In this document: piece by piece, positions 1 to 7,774 of the stretch
Position numbering within the stretch: the first letter of the stretch is position 1
Layout: each line of letters opens with the position of its first letter
Origin: Geobacter sulfurreducens PCA
GTDB lineage: Bacteria > Desulfobacterota > Desulfuromonadia > Geobacterales > Geobacteraceae
Assembly: GCF_000007985.2 (NCBI RefSeq)
Contig: NC_002939.5
Location: forward strand, 450,001-482,000
Reading direction: 5' to 3'
DNA: 32,000 nt
Position numbers and translations under genes: made by a program
Notes under the pieces: generated by a model
The model's input: only the letters and a program-made list of their open reading frames with translations
Databases searched by the model: none
What the model was told of the DNA's origin: nothing

Positions 1-732
1 GACCCCGCAAACCCGGTTGCCACGTCCAACTACTCGACCAGCCTGTCGGTCTACGATTCCCAGGGCAATGCCCACACCGCCACGGTGTATTTCCGCAAGA
101 CCGCCGACAACGCATGGGACTGGCACGTCATCCTCCCCGATGCCGCGGCAGGCACGCCGGGCAGCACCACTACCCCCATCGACGGGACCCTCACCTTCGA
201 TGCCACCGGAGCCCTCACCGCCCAGACTCCCCTGGCCGGCGCGGCCCAGAACATCACCTTCGCGGGCGGCGTCACCGCACCCCAGCCGATCTTCTTCGAC
301 CTGGGAGTCGGCGCTACCACCCAGTACGCCAGCTCGTCGGTGGTTTCTTCCCAGACCCAGGACGGCTACTACCAGGGCACCCTCACCAAGGTAACCATCG
401 ATGACAAGGGATACGTGAACGGCGTGTACTCCAACGGCCAGCTTCAGAAGCTCTACCAGGTGGCCCTGGCCAAGTTCTCCTCCACGGCCGGCCTGTCCAA
501 GGCGGGTGGCACCCTCTTCGAGGAGACCCTCGAGTCGGGACAGCCCCTGTTCTCCGACGCCAGCACCCCCGGCGTCGGCAAGATCCTCGCCAACTCCCTG
601 GAGCAGTCCAACGTTGACATGGCGGCCCAGTTCGTCAAAATGATCACCACCCAGCGTGGCTACTCCGCCAACTCCAAGACGATCACCACGGCCGACGAGA
701 TGCTGCAGGAAGTGCTCAGTCTCAAGCGGTAA
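1..732 (+). CDS. flgE: Flagellar hook protein FlgE, C-terminal part (5' truncated by window edge)
   Basis: Frame 1 is open from nt 1; the track's M at 85 is an internal GTG. The internal stretch LSVYDSQGNAHTATVYFRKT is hook-like. The C-terminus NSLEQSNVDMAAQFVKMITTQRGYSANSKTITTADEMLQEVLSLKR is the conserved flagellar rod/hook C-terminal domain. Lies directly upstream of fliL-fliR. Confidence 0.9.
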   Translation, partial: DPANPVATSNYSTSLSVYDSQGNAHTATVYFRKTADNAWDWHVILPDAAAGTPGSTTTPIDGTLTFDATGALTAQTPLAGAAQNITFAGGVTAPQPIFFDLGVGATTQYASSSVVSSQTQDGYYQGTLTKVTIDDKGYVNGVYSNGQLQKLYQVALAKFSSTAGLSKAGGTLFEETLESGQPLFSDASTPGVGKILANSLEQSNVDMAAQFVKMITTQRGYSANSKTITTADEMLQEVLSLKR

Positions 733-744
733 CCAGTAACTGAC

Positions 745-794
745 CGTCCGGCGGGGAGGGGAACACCCCCCCTTCTCCGCCGGACGTAGTGTTT
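745..794 (+). terminator. Rho-independent-type terminator after flgE
   Basis: CGTCCGGCGG (745-754) pairs perfectly with CCGCCGGACG (777-786). The interior is G-run/C-run rich, and TAGTGTTTT follows. Starts 13 nt after the flgE stop. Confidence 0.5.
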
Positions 795-819
795 TGGTGT
801 CTTTCGGCGATTGTCGTTT

Positions 820-902
820 TTTTGACAAGTCGCTGGTCATCGTGCAGTGAACGACAGTGTTCAGTATCTCCCGCCGCTGAATCTTTGCCTGATTTGTCAA
901 AA
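820..902. promoter_or_regulatory. Inverted 9-mer pair TTTTGACAA / TTGTCAAAA, candidate enhancer (UAS) for the fliL sigma-54 promoter
   Basis: TTTTGACAA at 820-828 and its exact reverse complement TTGTCAAAA at 894-902. They lie about 130-210 nt upstream of the -24/-12 element. Statistically weak on its own: a 9-mer inverted pair at free spacing in 370 nt of AT-rich sequence is not rare. Confidence 0.25.
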
Positions 903-1028
903 GTCCGACGTGGCCGCACCCGTCAAGGGTGAACGCCGTGTCTCGCCTCTCGTACGTTTCTTCGCATTAGTTCTCAATATCATGATGTTTTTTTACGTAG
1001 GACTCCATTGATGCGACAACGCCGTTTC

Positions 1029-1044
1029 TGGCATTTCGGTTGCA
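1029..1044 (+). promoter_or_regulatory. Sigma-54 (RpoN) -24/-12 promoter for the fliL operon
   Basis: TGGCAT-TTCGG-TTGCA against consensus TGGCAC-N5-TTGCA. GG is at 1030-1031 and GC at 1042-1043, with canonical spacing. Lies 59 nt upstream of the fliL ATG, with an AT-rich tract (966-1000) between it and the upstream repeats. Confidence 0.65.
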
Positions 1045-1102
1045 ATAGCCGTATCGGTACGTAGAGTCCCAAGGATTTCAACCATACAGAAGGAGGAGTC
1101 TG

Positions 1103-1624
1103 ATGGCCGCGGACGAAAAGGCACCCGTCGAGGGTGCGCCAAAGGACAAGAAAAAGCTTTTCATCATCATCGGCGCGGCTGCCGTGGTGATTATCGCCCT
1201 GGCCGTTGTTTTCTTGGGCGGGGGCAAGAAAGAAAAAGGCAAGGAAGGCGAAGCTGAGGCCAAGGTCGAGCAGAAGGCCGAGGGCGGCCACGGCGGCGGC
1301 AAGGAAGGTGCGGCCGGGGCGGTTGCCACCGCGTTCGCGCTCGAGCCGTTCATCGTCAATATTTACGATGGCCAGGAGCTGCGCTATCTCCGGGTAAAGG
1401 TCGAGTTCGAAACCGCAACCCCGGACGCCAAGGCTGAGATAGAGTCCCGCCAGGCTCCCCTGCGCGACGCCATTCTGGTTCTGCTTACCACCAAGACCCT
1501 CCAGGACATCCAGGATCTGCAGGGGAAAAACCAGTTGCGGGATGAAATCCTCGTGGCGGCCAACAAGATTCTGCCTCCGGGCAAGGTAACCAAGGTCTAT
1601 TTCACCGATTTCGTGGTCCAGTAG
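1103..1624 (+). CDS. fliL: Flagellar basal-body-associated protein FliL
   Basis: AGGAGG RBS at 1091-1096. Single N-terminal TM segment (LFIIIGAAAVVIIALAVVFL), a K/E/G-rich linker, then the FliL core FALEPFIVNIYDGQELRYLRVKVEFE...LRDEILVAANKIL. Sits immediately before fliM. Confidence 0.9.
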   Translation: MAADEKAPVEGAPKDKKKLFIIIGAAAVVIIALAVVFLGGGKKEKGKEGEAEAKVEQKAEGGHGGGKEGAAGAVATAFALEPFIVNIYDGQELRYLRVKVEFETATPDAKAEIESRQAPLRDAILVLLTTKTLQDIQDLQGKNQLRDEILVAANKILPPGKVTKVYFTDFVVQ

Positions 1625-1658
1625 CTGACAGGACGTCAAGGGAGGCAGAGGAATCTCC

Positions 1659-2645
1659 ATGGAGAAGATCCTCACCAAGCAAGAGATAGAGGCGCTGCTT
1701 GCCGCGGTATTCGAGGGGAAGATCGAACCCGACCGTGAGCTGGCAAAGGAGGAGGGCACCGTCCACTCCTACGACCTCTTCAACAGCGAAGCCCACAAGG
1801 GGCTCGTTCCCAACCTGGACATCATTTACGACGGCTTCATCCGCTATCAGCGGGGGACCCTGTCGAACCGGCTGGGGCGCATCGTCGAGATCAAGAAGCT
1901 CGGGGCCGGATCGTACAAGTTCGACGACTTCATCCAGACCCTCCCTTCACCGGTCTGCATGGCGATCTACAAGGCCGACCCGCTCAAGGGGGCGGCCCTG
2001 ATCGCCTTTGACAGCACGCTCGTTTTTACCATCGTGGACTGCATTCTGGGCGGAACCGGCATGACGTCGGTCCAAACGAGCGCCAACCGGATGTTCACCT
2101 CCATTGAGCTGCGGCTGGTCCAGAAGATCGTGCAGGATATGCTCGTCGACCTGGAAAAGGCCTGGGCACCGCTCTATGCAGCCAAGATGAGCCTGCTCCG
2201 GATGGAGATGAACCCGCGGCTCGTGAATATCGTTCCCCCTGAGTACCAGGTGGTAACGATGGAGATGCAGATCCAGATCGACCAGTTAGAGGGGAAGATG
2301 GTTTTTGCCGTCCCCTATATGACCATCGAGCCGATTCGGGACAAGCTCAAGTCCGGCGCCCAGTTCGACCTCATGGCCATTGATCCCCAGTGGTCATTCC
2401 GGCTGTCCAAGGAACTGCTGGAGGCTCCCCTGGACGTATCGGTGGAGGTCGGCGGTGCGGTCATCAGCCTCAACGACCTGCTCAGCCTGGTCCCCGGTGA
2501 CACCATCATGCTTGATACCCCCTGCACCAGCGATCTCACGGTCAAGGTCGGCGGGGTGCCCAAATTCACGGGAATGCCGGGCATACGCCACGGCAACAAG
2601 GCACTTCAGATCACGAACGTCGTAGGCAAGGGAGAACAGCGGTGA
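1659..2645 (+). CDS. fliM: Flagellar motor switch protein FliM
   Basis: N-terminal LTKQEIEALL (CheY-P-binding-type LSQxEIDALL motif), a middle FliM domain, and a C-terminal SpoA/FliN-like domain (VSVEVGGAVISLNDLLSLVPGDTIMLD). GGAGG RBS. Confidence 0.95.
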   Translation: MEKILTKQEIEALLAAVFEGKIEPDRELAKEEGTVHSYDLFNSEAHKGLVPNLDIIYDGFIRYQRGTLSNRLGRIVEIKKLGAGSYKFDDFIQTLPSPVCMAIYKADPLKGAALIAFDSTLVFTIVDCILGGTGMTSVQTSANRMFTSIELRLVQKIVQDMLVDLEKAWAPLYAAKMSLLRMEMNPRLVNIVPPEYQVVTMEMQIQIDQLEGKMVFAVPYMTIEPIRDKLKSGAQFDLMAIDPQWSFRLSKELLEAPLDVSVEVGGAVISLNDLLSLVPGDTIMLDTPCTSDLTVKVGGVPKFTGMPGIRHGNKALQITNVVGKGEQR

Positions 2646-2947
2646 GCGACTTCACGAAAGAAGAAACCAAAGACGGTGAACTGGACCGCAAGAACCTGGA
2701 GTTCATTCTCGATATACCGCTTCAGCTCACGGTGGAACTGGGCCGGACCAAGATCCTGGTCAAGGATGTGCTCCAGCTCAATCAGGGGGCGGTGGTGGAA
2801 TTGACCAAGCTTGCCGGAGAGCCCTTGGACGTTTTCGTGAACTCCAAGCTCGTCGCCCGCGGCGAGGCGGTGGTGGTCAACGAGAAGTTCGGGGTCCGGC
2901 TCGTGGATATCGTCAGCCCCAACGAACGGGTGGAGAAAGTACTGTGA
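2642..2947 (+). CDS. fliN: Flagellar motor switch protein FliN
   Basis: GTG start overlaps the fliM stop (GTGA). The SpoA domain LDIPLQLTVELGRTKILVKDVLQLNQGAVVELTKLAGEPLDVFVNSKLVARGEAVVVNEKFGVRL is a textbook FliN C-terminus. Confidence 0.93.
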   Translation: MSDFTKEETKDGELDRKNLEFILDIPLQLTVELGRTKILVKDVLQLNQGAVVELTKLAGEPLDVFVNSKLVARGEAVVVNEKFGVRLVDIVSPNERVEKVL

Positions 2948-3441
2948 AACAGCCGGCATCAGTTACGGCCCTGGCCCTGGCGGTCCCCGGCGTGGCCCGG
3001 GCCGCAGAGGCCGCCGGCGGAGCGAATTTCAGCTTCGCCACCGTGTTCATCCAGATGCTGGCCTCCCTCTCACTGGTGCTGGGGCTCATCTATCTGGCCT
3101 ATTACGCGGCAAACCGATGGTTTAGGCCCGGCGTCCACGGCAAGGGAACCGAACGCCACATCCGGCTGGTGGAAACCCGCTACCTGGCGCCGAAGAAGTC
3201 GCTGGTCCTGGTGGAGGTGGGGGGGGAGTTTCTCCTGCTCGGCTCTTCCGGCGACAATCTCTCGTTCATCAAGCAGATAGACATCCTGGAAGAGATCGAG
3301 GTGCTCGACGAAACCACCGGGCGCACTCCCCTCGCCACTCTCTTTCAGGGAAAACTGGACGCGGTCACGACACGGCTCGCCGCCATGAAGCAGGGGCGTG
3401 CCGATGTCCCCGAGCGCCGCGCCGGGGAAGGAAAAGCCTGA
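2944..3441 (+). CDS. fliO: Flagellar biosynthesis protein FliO (FliZ-type)
   Basis: GTG start overlaps the fliN stop. Has a single hydrophobic TM segment (FIQMLASLSLVLGLIYLAYYAA) followed by RYLAPKKSLVLVEVGGEFLLLG, as in FliO. Position between fliN and fliP. Confidence 0.75.
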   Translation: MKQPASVTALALAVPGVARAAEAAGGANFSFATVFIQMLASLSLVLGLIYLAYYAANRWFRPGVHGKGTERHIRLVETRYLAPKKSLVLVEVGGEFLLLGSSGDNLSFIKQIDILEEIEVLDETTGRTPLATLFQGKLDAVTTRLAAMKQGRADVPERRAGEGKA

Positions 3442-3446
3442 GCACC

Positions 3447-4214
3447 ATGGACGGTGTCCCGATATTCAAACGAATCCCTTTCATCGCCCTCTGCGTCATC
3501 CTGCTGACCGCCTCGCTGGCGGCCGCCGCCGAGCCCCTGGCGCTGCCCAGCGTTAGCATCGGGGTGGGCAAGGCCACCAAGCCGGGCGATGTGTCGGTGG
3601 TCCTCCAGATATTCTTCCTGATGACGGTGCTGTCCCTGGCGCCGGGGCTCCTCATGATGACCACCTCGTTCACGCGGATCGCGGTGGTGCTGTCGTTCCT
3701 GCGCCACGCCATCGGCACCCAGCAGGCGCCCCCAAACCAGATCATCATCGCCCTGTCCCTGTTCCTGACCTTCTTCGTCATGGCTCCGGTCTGGCAGCAG
3801 GTGAACACCCAGGCGATCCAGCCTTACCGGGCGGCCCAGATCACCCAGGATGAGGCCCTGAAACGGGCGGTGGCTCCCATGCGGAAGTTCATGCTTTCCC
3901 AGACCCGTGAGAAGGACCTGGCCCTGTTTCTGAATCTTTCGAAGCTGCCGCGACCCCGTACGGCCGACGACATCCCGACTCTGACCCTCATCCCGGCCTT
4001 CATGATCAGCGAGCTGCGGACCGCCTTCCAGATCGGGTTTCTGATTTTTATCCCGTTCCTGGTGGTTGATATGGTGGTGGCCTCGGTCCTCATGTCCATG
4101 GGTATGATGATGCTGCCGCCGGTCATGATTTCACTGCCGTTCAAGATCCTCCTCTTTGTCCTGGTGGACGGGTGGGGGCTGGTCATCGGCTCCCTGATAA
4201 AAAGCTTTGGGTAG
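3447..4214 (+). CDS. fliP: Flagellar export apparatus protein FliP
   Basis: Signal peptide, then LQIFFLMTVLSLAPGLLMMTTSFTRIAVVLSFLRHAIGTQQAPPNQIIIALSLFLTFFVMAPV and FMISELRTAFQIGFLIFIPFLVVDMVVASVLMSMGMMMLPP, which are conserved FliP blocks. Confidence 0.96.
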   Translation: MDGVPIFKRIPFIALCVILLTASLAAAAEPLALPSVSIGVGKATKPGDVSVVLQIFFLMTVLSLAPGLLMMTTSFTRIAVVLSFLRHAIGTQQAPPNQIIIALSLFLTFFVMAPVWQQVNTQAIQPYRAAQITQDEALKRAVAPMRKFMLSQTREKDLALFLNLSKLPRPRTADDIPTLTLIPAFMISELRTAFQIGFLIFIPFLVVDMVVASVLMSMGMMMLPPVMISLPFKILLFVLVDGWGLVIGSLIKSFG

Positions 4215-4226
4215 CGGAGGTTTATC

Positions 4227-4496
4227 ATGAGTCCCGATCTCGTCGTACAGCTTGCCCGCCGCAGCTTCGAGGTGACGCTGATGCTGGCTGCTCCGCTGCT
4301 TATTTCCGGCCTTGTGGTCGGACTTGCCGTCAGCATCTTTCAGGCGGTCACCTCCATCCAGGAGGCGACCCTTGCCTTTGCCCCCAAAATCATCGCCGTC
4401 ATGGTCGCCCTGGTGATCTTTTTCCCCTGGATGATGAACTACATGAGCGACTTCACCCGGGAAGTTTACGCCCTCATCGCCACCATGCGACGGTGA
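4227..4496 (+). CDS. fliQ: Flagellar export apparatus protein FliQ
   Basis: 89 aa two-TM protein with GGAGG RBS. LAAPLLISGLVVGLAVSIFQAVTSIQEATLAFAPKI matches the FliQ/SctS core. Confidence 0.93.
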   Translation: MSPDLVVQLARRSFEVTLMLAAPLLISGLVVGLAVSIFQAVTSIQEATLAFAPKIIAVMVALVIFFPWMMNYMSDFTREVYALIATMRR

Positions 4497-4546
4497 GGAC
4501 CGTCAGCTTCGGCGAGTGACAGTGCTCCGCCGGGACGCCGACACCC

Positions 4547-5341
4547 ATGTTTCCACTGACCACACCATTCCCCACGGCCAACGACGTGGCCTTCTTCACT
4601 CTGGTGATGGGAAGGATGGCGGGCATCTTCGCAGCCATTCCCATCTTCGGCGGGCGGCGGGTGCCGACCCCCATCAAGGCCTTGCTCGTCTTCGCCATGA
4701 CCATGGTCTGCTTCCCCATCATCAAGGAAAAGATGCCGCAGCTTCCGACCGACGTGCTCTCCCTGGGCTTCCTCATGGTGCAGGAGGTACTGGTCGGCGT
4801 GTCGCTTGGGTTGCTGTCCCTGATCATCTTCGCCGCCGTCGAGTTCGCCGGCCAGATCGTCAGCGTCCAGATCGGCCTCACCATCGTGACCGAATTCGAT
4901 CCGTCCCAGGGAGGCCAGCTGTCGATCATGTCGATCATCCTGGAGATGCTGGCCACGCTCCTGTTCCTCTCCCTGGGCATGCACCACATCTTCATCGGAG
5001 CGCTGGTCCAGAGCTATGACGTCCTCCCCCTGGGGGCGTGGCACATGAGCGGCGCGCTTCTCCAATTCATCGTGACTACCATCGGCGAGGTGTTCGTCCT
5101 GGCGGTCCGGCTCGCGGCGCCGGTGATGGTCACCCTCCTGGCGACCAGCGTCATGCTCGGCATCATGGCCCGCTCGTTCCCCCAGATGAACGTCTTTTTC
5201 GTCAGTATGCCCCTGAACATCGGCATCGGATTCATTGTTCTGGGGCTTTCCCTCCCTCTCTTCCTCCATACCGTCCAAGGGCATTTCGGCTTGCTCGACG
5301 AACAGCTCAAGACCATGATGAAGCTCATGGGTAAGGGATGA
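4547..5341 (+). CDS. fliR: Flagellar export apparatus protein FliR
   Basis: 264 aa polytopic membrane protein. FTLVMGRMAGIFAAIPIFG and AVEFAGQIVSVQIGL are FliR/SctT-like. Position between fliQ and flhB. No clear RBS at the ATG. Confidence 0.9.
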   Translation: MFPLTTPFPTANDVAFFTLVMGRMAGIFAAIPIFGGRRVPTPIKALLVFAMTMVCFPIIKEKMPQLPTDVLSLGFLMVQEVLVGVSLGLLSLIIFAAVEFAGQIVSVQIGLTIVTEFDPSQGGQLSIMSIILEMLATLLFLSLGMHHIFIGALVQSYDVLPLGAWHMSGALLQFIVTTIGEVFVLAVRLAAPVMVTLLATSVMLGIMARSFPQMNVFFVSMPLNIGIGFIVLGLSLPLFLHTVQGHFGLLDEQLKTMMKLMGKG

Positions 5342-5345
5342 GGGC

Positions 5346-6404
5346 ATGTCTGACGACAAACATTCAAAAACAGAAAAACCAACAGCAAAGAAGCTGGACG
5401 AGGCGAAAAAGAAAGGGGTTCCCCACAGTCGGGACCTGACCTCCACCGTAACCCTTATCGCCGCCATGGTTGCCTTGTACACCACCGGCGGTTTCATGTT
5501 TACCACCCTGAAGCGGACCAGCGGCGAGCTGCTCGGTTCCATGGGTACGTTTCACCTGACCGAAGCAAGCGTCGAACATCTCCTCATCAAGCTGTTCCTG
5601 GTATTTCTCAGCGTGGTCATGCCGTTCATGCTGGTGGTGGTGATTTCGGGGCTTGCAACGACCATGGTCCAGGTGGGCTTCTCCATGAACAGTGAACGGA
5701 TCACCTTTAAGCTGGACAAGCTCAATCCGGTCACTAACGCCCAGAAGCTCTTCAATAAGGACTCCCTGGTGGAGATGCTCAAGGCCGTCCTCAAGATCGT
5801 CATTGTCGGCTACATGTCGTACAAGATCATGCGGGACGAGATGGACGGACTGCTTTTCTTGGCCGATACCGATCTGGCTGGGATCCTTGAGGTTTTCAAG
5901 CACTTGGCATTCAAGCTGGTCATCCATACCTGCGGTGTACTTCTTATCCTGGGGGTTCTGGACCTGGCCTTCGTCAAGTGGCGTTTCATCGATAATCTGA
6001 AAATGACCAAGCAGGAGGTCAAGGACGAGCACAAGGAGTCTGAGGGGGACCCGAAGGTCAAGGGTAAGATTCGTCAGATGCAGTTTCAGCAAGCCCAGAA
6101 ACGCCTGCGCAAGGTTATTCCTACCGCCGACGTGGTCGTCACCAACCCGACGCACTACGCCGTGGCGCTCAAGTATGAACGCGAAACCATGGCCGCGCCA
6201 CTGGTGCTGGCCAAGGGCGTCGACCATATGGCCCAAACCATCAAGGCCATCGCCCGTGAGAACAACGTGATGCTCGTGGAAAATCGTTTCCTGGCCCGCG
6301 AGCTCTATGCCCAGGTCAAAGAGGGACAACCCATTCCCGAGAGCCTGTACACCGCGGTAGCGGAGGTGCTGGCCTATGTGTACAGCCTGAAGGGGAAGAT
6401 CTGA
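5346..6404 (+). CDS. flhB: Flagellar export switch protein FlhB
   Basis: N-terminal KTEKPTAKKLDEAKKKGVPHSRDL, four TM segments, MTKQEVKDEHKESEGDPKVKGKIRQ, and the autocleavage motif NPTH in VVVTNPTHYAVAL. Confidence 0.95.
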   Translation: MSDDKHSKTEKPTAKKLDEAKKKGVPHSRDLTSTVTLIAAMVALYTTGGFMFTTLKRTSGELLGSMGTFHLTEASVEHLLIKLFLVFLSVVMPFMLVVVISGLATTMVQVGFSMNSERITFKLDKLNPVTNAQKLFNKDSLVEMLKAVLKIVIVGYMSYKIMRDEMDGLLFLADTDLAGILEVFKHLAFKLVIHTCGVLLILGVLDLAFVKWRFIDNLKMTKQEVKDEHKESEGDPKVKGKIRQMQFQQAQKRLRKVIPTADVVVTNPTHYAVALKYERETMAAPLVLAKGVDHMAQTIKAIARENNVMLVENRFLARELYAQVKEGQPIPESLYTAVAEVLAYVYSLKGKI

Positions 6405-6405
6405 A

Positions 6406-6445
6406 CCGGCGCCGCTCCCGCGAGCATGCGGGGGCCACGCGCCGG
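6406..6445. terminator. GC-rich hairpin between convergent flhB and SH3b lipoprotein gene (possible bidirectional terminator)
   Basis: Outer stem CCGGCGC (6406-6412) pairs with GCGCCGG (6439-6445). Inner stem GCTCCCGC (6414-6421) pairs with GCGGGGGC (6428-6435, one G-U). The loop is GAGCAT. There is no U-tract on either strand. Confidence 0.35.
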
Positions 6446-6462
6446 CCTACGGGCTCTGCGAC

Positions 6463-6933
6463 TTACAGCCCATTCCCCTCCACAAACTTCCGGTAGACCC
6501 ATCCCTCCGCCGTTTTCCCGCCGTGCTGCCAGCGAACGCGCAGCCAGCTCCCCTCTTTCCCCAGCAACTCCAGTTGTGTGCCACCCTTCAGGACAGCTAC
6601 CACTTTCGTACGGGGTGAAGACCCGCGCCGGACGTTCACGTACTTATGCTCCGGTCCAATGCGTAGCGATGCCGGCACGGCGACAGCCGGAGTCGCGGGA
6701 GGTTCCGGCGGCTGCGGCAGAGGGGCCTGCGGTGGGGGAGGCTGAACCATCGGCGTGGGGGGAGCATGCTGCCGGTCGGTCCGGTCGACGACTGCCGGTG
6801 CCTCCTCGAAGCCGATCCCCGGGGCCTGGGGACCTCCCCGTTCCTCGGTGACGGTGGTGCAGGCTGCAAGAAGAGGGACGACCAGGGCGAGCGACGGTAT
6901 CAGCATTCGTGACTGAAGCCGAATCAGGGTCAT
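6463..6933 (-). CDS. Lipoprotein with proline-rich linker and C-terminal bacterial SH3 (SH3b) domain
   Basis: AAGGAG-type RBS 8 nt upstream of the ATG. Signal peptide with lipobox LLAAC, a PPTPMVQPPPPQAPLPQPPEPP linker, then YVNVRRGSSPRTKVVAVLKGGTQLELLGKEGSWLRVRW...GWVYRKFV, which is typical of SH3_3. Confidence 0.75.
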   Translation of the reverse strand: MTLIRLQSRMLIPSLALVVPLLAACTTVTEERGGPQAPGIGFEEAPAVVDRTDRQHAPPTPMVQPPPPQAPLPQPPEPPATPAVAVPASLRIGPEHKYVNVRRGSSPRTKVVAVLKGGTQLELLGKEGSWLRVRWQHGGKTAEGWVYRKFVEGNGL

Positions 6934-7056
6934 GACACGTTTCTCCTTTCAAGGGGGAGGCTATCGTGCGGATGTCCTCGCGTCAAGTGTTACCATTCCA
7001 TTACACGTTCAGCCACCACAGTGTTCCGTTTGTTTTCGACTCAGGCCCTCCGACAT

Positions 7057-7082
7057 CCGCTGTCAGCGGCGCTGTGCACAGC
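7057..7082. promoter_or_regulatory. Two abutting perfect palindromes sharing GCTGT/ACAGC half-sites upstream of the tssJ promoter
   Basis: CCGCTG-T-CAGCGG at 7057-7069 and GCTGTGCACAGC at 7071-7082. They end 15 nt upstream of the TTGACA -35 box. Confidence 0.3.
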
Positions 7083-7096
7083 TTCCCACCAGTCCA

Positions 7097-7124
7097 TTGA
7101 CAGTAAGCGACAATAAATGATAAT
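7097..7124 (+). promoter_or_regulatory. Sigma-70-type promoter candidate for the T6SS sub-operon
   Basis: TTGACA (7097-7102), 16 nt spacer, GATAAT (7119-7124). Alternatively TG-n-TAATAC as an extended -10. Lies in the only strongly AT-rich stretch of the region, about 95 nt upstream of the tssJ ATG. Confidence 0.45.
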
Positions 7125-7130
7125 ACGTTA

Positions 7131-7146
7131 ACATTAATTTTAATGT
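7131..7146. promoter_or_regulatory. Operator-like palindrome just downstream of the -10 box
   Basis: ACATTAA-TT-TTAATGT: perfect 7-bp arms with a 2-bp spacer, positioned at about +1 to +20 relative to the predicted promoter. Confidence 0.35.
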
Positions 7147-7219
7147 AATAAGCTACGTACCGCCTTGCTGTCCGTACCCTGTCCCATTGTCATCGCTCAC
7201 TACGCCCCTGGAGAAGCCG

Positions 7220-7774
7220 ATGAAGCGTCATTCCGCTTTGTTGCCGTGTTGGTCTGTCGTTGCGTGCCTCTGCTCCTGTGCCTCGTCTCCGGAGGTCAGG
7301 CCGCCGGTTGAGTGGGGGTTCGAAAGGGAGGCCATTCATCTGAGCCTCACCGGCGACCCCCGGCTGAATCTCTATCAGAACAGCCCCCACGCACTTGTTG
7401 CCTGCATCTACCAACTTCGCGATCCGAACGCCTTCAACCAGTTGCGGAACGAACCGGACGGGCCGGCAAGGCTGCTGGAATGCAGCAGGTTCGACCAAGC
7501 CGTGGCAACGGCCAGGCGGGTTGTCATCCAGCCAGGTCAGGTATTGAACGACGTCCTGGATCGGGCCGAGGGGGCACGCTACGTGGGTTTTGCGGCGGGA
7601 TACTACCTGCTCGACAAGGAACGGTCGGTCCGGCTCTACCCGATCCCGATCAGTGAGGAGACGAAGGGATTCGTCAGCCGCACGAAGCTCGTCAAGCCGG
7701 GACGGGTCGATATTCGGCTGCATCTGGGCCCTCAGGAGATTCAGGATGTGAAGGAGGAGCCCCGAAAGCCATGA
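7220..7774 (+). CDS. tssJ: Type VI secretion outer-membrane lipoprotein TssJ (SciN/VasD family)
   Basis: Start placed at ATG 7220 (GGAG at 7210-7213) rather than the track's TTG at 7187. Signal peptide MKRHSALLPCWSVVACLCSCASS carries a Cys lipobox. LVACIYQLRDPNAFNQL and GYYLLDKERSVRLYPI resemble TssJ. Its stop overlaps the tssK start (ATGA). Confidence 0.8.
   Translation: MKRHSALLPCWSVVACLCSCASSPEVRPPVEWGFEREAIHLSLTGDPRLNLYQNSPHALVACIYQLRDPNAFNQLRNEPDGPARLLECSRFDQAVATARRVVIQPGQVLNDVLDRAEGARYVGFAAGYYLLDKERSVRLYPIPISEETKGFVSRTKLVKPGRVDIRLHLGPQEIQDVKEEPRKP

Noticed and set aside
787-813. Sigma-28 (FliA)-like motif TAGTGTTT-N11-GGCGATTG against TAAAGTTT-N11-GCCGATAA
   Set aside because: Only about 5 of 8 matches in each box. 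The '-35' half is simply the T-tract of the flgE terminator. The sigma-54 element closer to fliL is a far better match.
980-1759. 259-aa minus-strand ORF spanning fliL and the fliL promoter
   Set aside because: It overlaps the sigma-54 promoter, the fliL RBS and the fliL/fliM coding sequence. No recognisable domain.
4466-5542. 358-aa minus-strand ORF antisense to fliR/flhB start
   Set aside because: H/D/E/G/R-rich composition with no motifs. It lies opposite well-supported membrane protein genes in an operon that is otherwise all plus strand.
6426-6952. Several overlapping ORFs (6426-6851 plus; 6636-6869 and 6644-6952 minus) around the SH3b gene
   Set aside because: Only the 6463-6933 minus frame has an RBS, a lipoprotein signal peptide and an SH3b domain. 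The others are R/P/S-rich shadow frames.
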